A stretch of 63,603 bases of DNA, filler included. It is 3 parts of 3 records of this genome, joined end to end, with 100 filler letters (N's around TTAATTAATTAA, not from the genome) between each part and the next. Parts side by side here need not be neighbours in the genome. Positions count along the whole stretch, not along the records: positions 50,425 to 63,603 come from DRR723986_1360; 2 more parts are not named here. One strand, 5' to 3'. Position numbers and translations under genes: made by a program. The notes under the pieces are model-generated. The model saw only the letters and a list, made by a program, of their open reading frames with translations, ran no database searches and was not told where the DNA came from. This document shows, in pieces, positions 62,502 to 63,603 of this stretch (the first letter of the stretch is position 1; each line of letters starts with the position of its first letter).

Positions 62502-63603
62502 ATGACAAAAGCCGAGATCATTTCTCGGGGCGCAGAGCCTATGCCCGGCGCCCAGGGTCTAACCCAAGCGATTGCAGCATTTGCAAATGATTTCAAAGAA
62601 TTTCGCTGCAATTTTGAGACAAAACTTCAACAGCAAGAAGAGCGATTGACCATGCTTGACCGGAAAACAAACCTGCCCCCCGCGCGCCCGATTTTGGCAC
62701 AAAATGCCCATGTGGATGCGCCCCATCAAAAGGCCTTTGATGCCTATTTGCGCAGTGGCGATGACGATGGGCTGCGGGGCCTGATGCTGGAGGGCAAAGC
62801 CATGTCAACCGCGGTGGCGGCTGACGGTGGCTATTTGGTAGACCCGAAAACCGCTGATACGGTGCGCCATGTTCTAAGTGGTGGTGCCTCGCTGCGCCGC
62901 GTGGCCAATGTGGTAAGCGTAGAGGCGGGCAGCTACGATGTGCTGGTCGATCATGGCGATATCGGCCATGGCTGGGCACAGGAAAATGGCACCACCGCAG
63001 AAACCGGCACGCCGCAGATCGACCGTATCAGCATTCCGCTGCACGAGCTTTCGGCCCTGCCAAAGGCCAGCCAGCGGCTGTTGGATGACGCGGCATTTGA
63101 TTTGGAATCCTGGCTGGCAGGGCGTGTGGCCGAGAAATTTGCCCGCGCCGAAGCGGCGGCCTTTATTCATGGGGATGGCGATGCCAAACCGACGGGCATT
63201 TTGAGCCATGCCAGCGTGGCCGAGGCCAATTGGAGCTGGGGCAGCTTGGGCTATGTGGCCACGGGCGTTGAGGGTGATTTTGGCGCGGCCGATGCCCTGG
63301 TGGATTTGGTTTATGCGCTGGGGGCCGAGTATCGTGCCAATGCGGTTTTCGTGATGAATTCGAAAACCGCAGGGCGCATCCGCAAGATGAAAGACAATGA
63401 TGGCCGCTTCCTGTGGGCTGATGGTTTGGCCGCGGCTGAGCCTGCGCGCCTGCTGGGCTATCCGGTGCTGATTGCCGAAGACATGCCTGATATCGGCGCT
63501 GGTGCCATGGCTGTGGCCTTTGGTGATTTTGGTGCAGGCTATACCATTGCCGAGCGCCCAGATCTGCGGGTTTTGCGTGACCCGTTCAGCGCCAAGCCGC
63601 ATG
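62502..63603 (+). CDS. GTA major capsid protein (g5), truncated by the window end
   Basis: Manual translation MTKAEIISRG...EERLTMLDRK...DGGYLVDP...ELSALPKASQRLLDD...LRDPFSAKPH stays open to the end. Not in the ORF track. Confidence 0.93.
   Translation, partial: MTKAEIISRGAEPMPGAQGLTQAIAAFANDFKEFRCNFETKLQQQEERLTMLDRKTNLPPARPILAQNAHVDAPHQKAFDAYLRSGDDDGLRGLMLEGKAMSTAVAADGGYLVDPKTADTVRHVLSGGASLRRVANVVSVEAGSYDVLVDHGDIGHGWAQENGTTAETGTPQIDRISIPLHELSALPKASQRLLDDAAFDLESWLAGRVAEKFARAEAAAFIHGDGDAKPTGILSHASVAEANWSWGSLGYVATGVEGDFGAADALVDLVYALGAEYRANAVFVMNSKTAGRIRKMKDNDGRFLWADGLAAAEPARLLGYPVLIAEDMPDIGAGAMAVAFGDFGAGYTIAERPDLRVLRDPFSAKPH

Larger units (their letters stand above)
58779..63603 (+). mobile_element. 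RcGTA-like gene transfer agent head-tail cluster (first part; a domesticated, non-autonomous phage derivative)
   Basis: Gene order g1-g2-g3-g3.5-g4-g5 directly downstream of mltG, with host-like composition and no integrase or replication genes in view. Confidence 0.9.

Noticed and set aside
58779..63603. Prophage
   Set aside because: The RcGTA gene order, g3.5 homolog, position after mltG and lack of integrase or early genes favour a GTA.

Overview
The window joins three unrelated contigs with 100-nt N spacers containing TTAATTAATTAA (29729-29828 and 50325-50424), so nothing should be read across the joins. Contig A (1-29728) is GC-rich and gammaproteobacterial, and its gene content resembles Halieaceae/Pseudomonas relatives (inference). 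It holds a partial rep, an accessory block (MscS, CNNM/CBS, TIM-barrel isomerase + Gfo/Idh/MocA + nucleoside-type MFS, cytochrome P450), comM/yifB-ubiK and an NtrC/IHF/sigma54-type torF-glnK-amtB operon followed by a second P-II gene. It continues with lptM-lysA-dapF-yigA-xerC-yigB, argH, algZ/fimS-algR-hemCDXY, ubiD, rho and a partial trxA. Contig B (29829-50324) is AT-rich Bacteroidota, probably Cyclobacteriaceae/Algoriphagus-like (inference). It has a tandem array of four translationally coupled paralogous lipoproteins, then housekeeping genes including hemC, rimK plus a RimB-like protease, holB, an alternative GlmU, rpmE2, an MsbA-like exporter and comM. Contig C (50425-63603) is Rhodobacteraceae-like: partial rpsF, YceI and a cytochrome b-YceI fusion, fabD-fabG-acpP-fabF-mltG, then the start of an RcGTA-like gene transfer agent cluster with a terminator hairpin in its leader. 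I recognised no rRNA, tRNA, CRISPR array, transposase or phage integrase. The best candidates for uncharacterised biology are the lipoprotein array, the sugar-redox/P450 cassette and the GTA leader. None is shown to be novel from sequence alone, and all family calls come from motif recognition rather than database searches.
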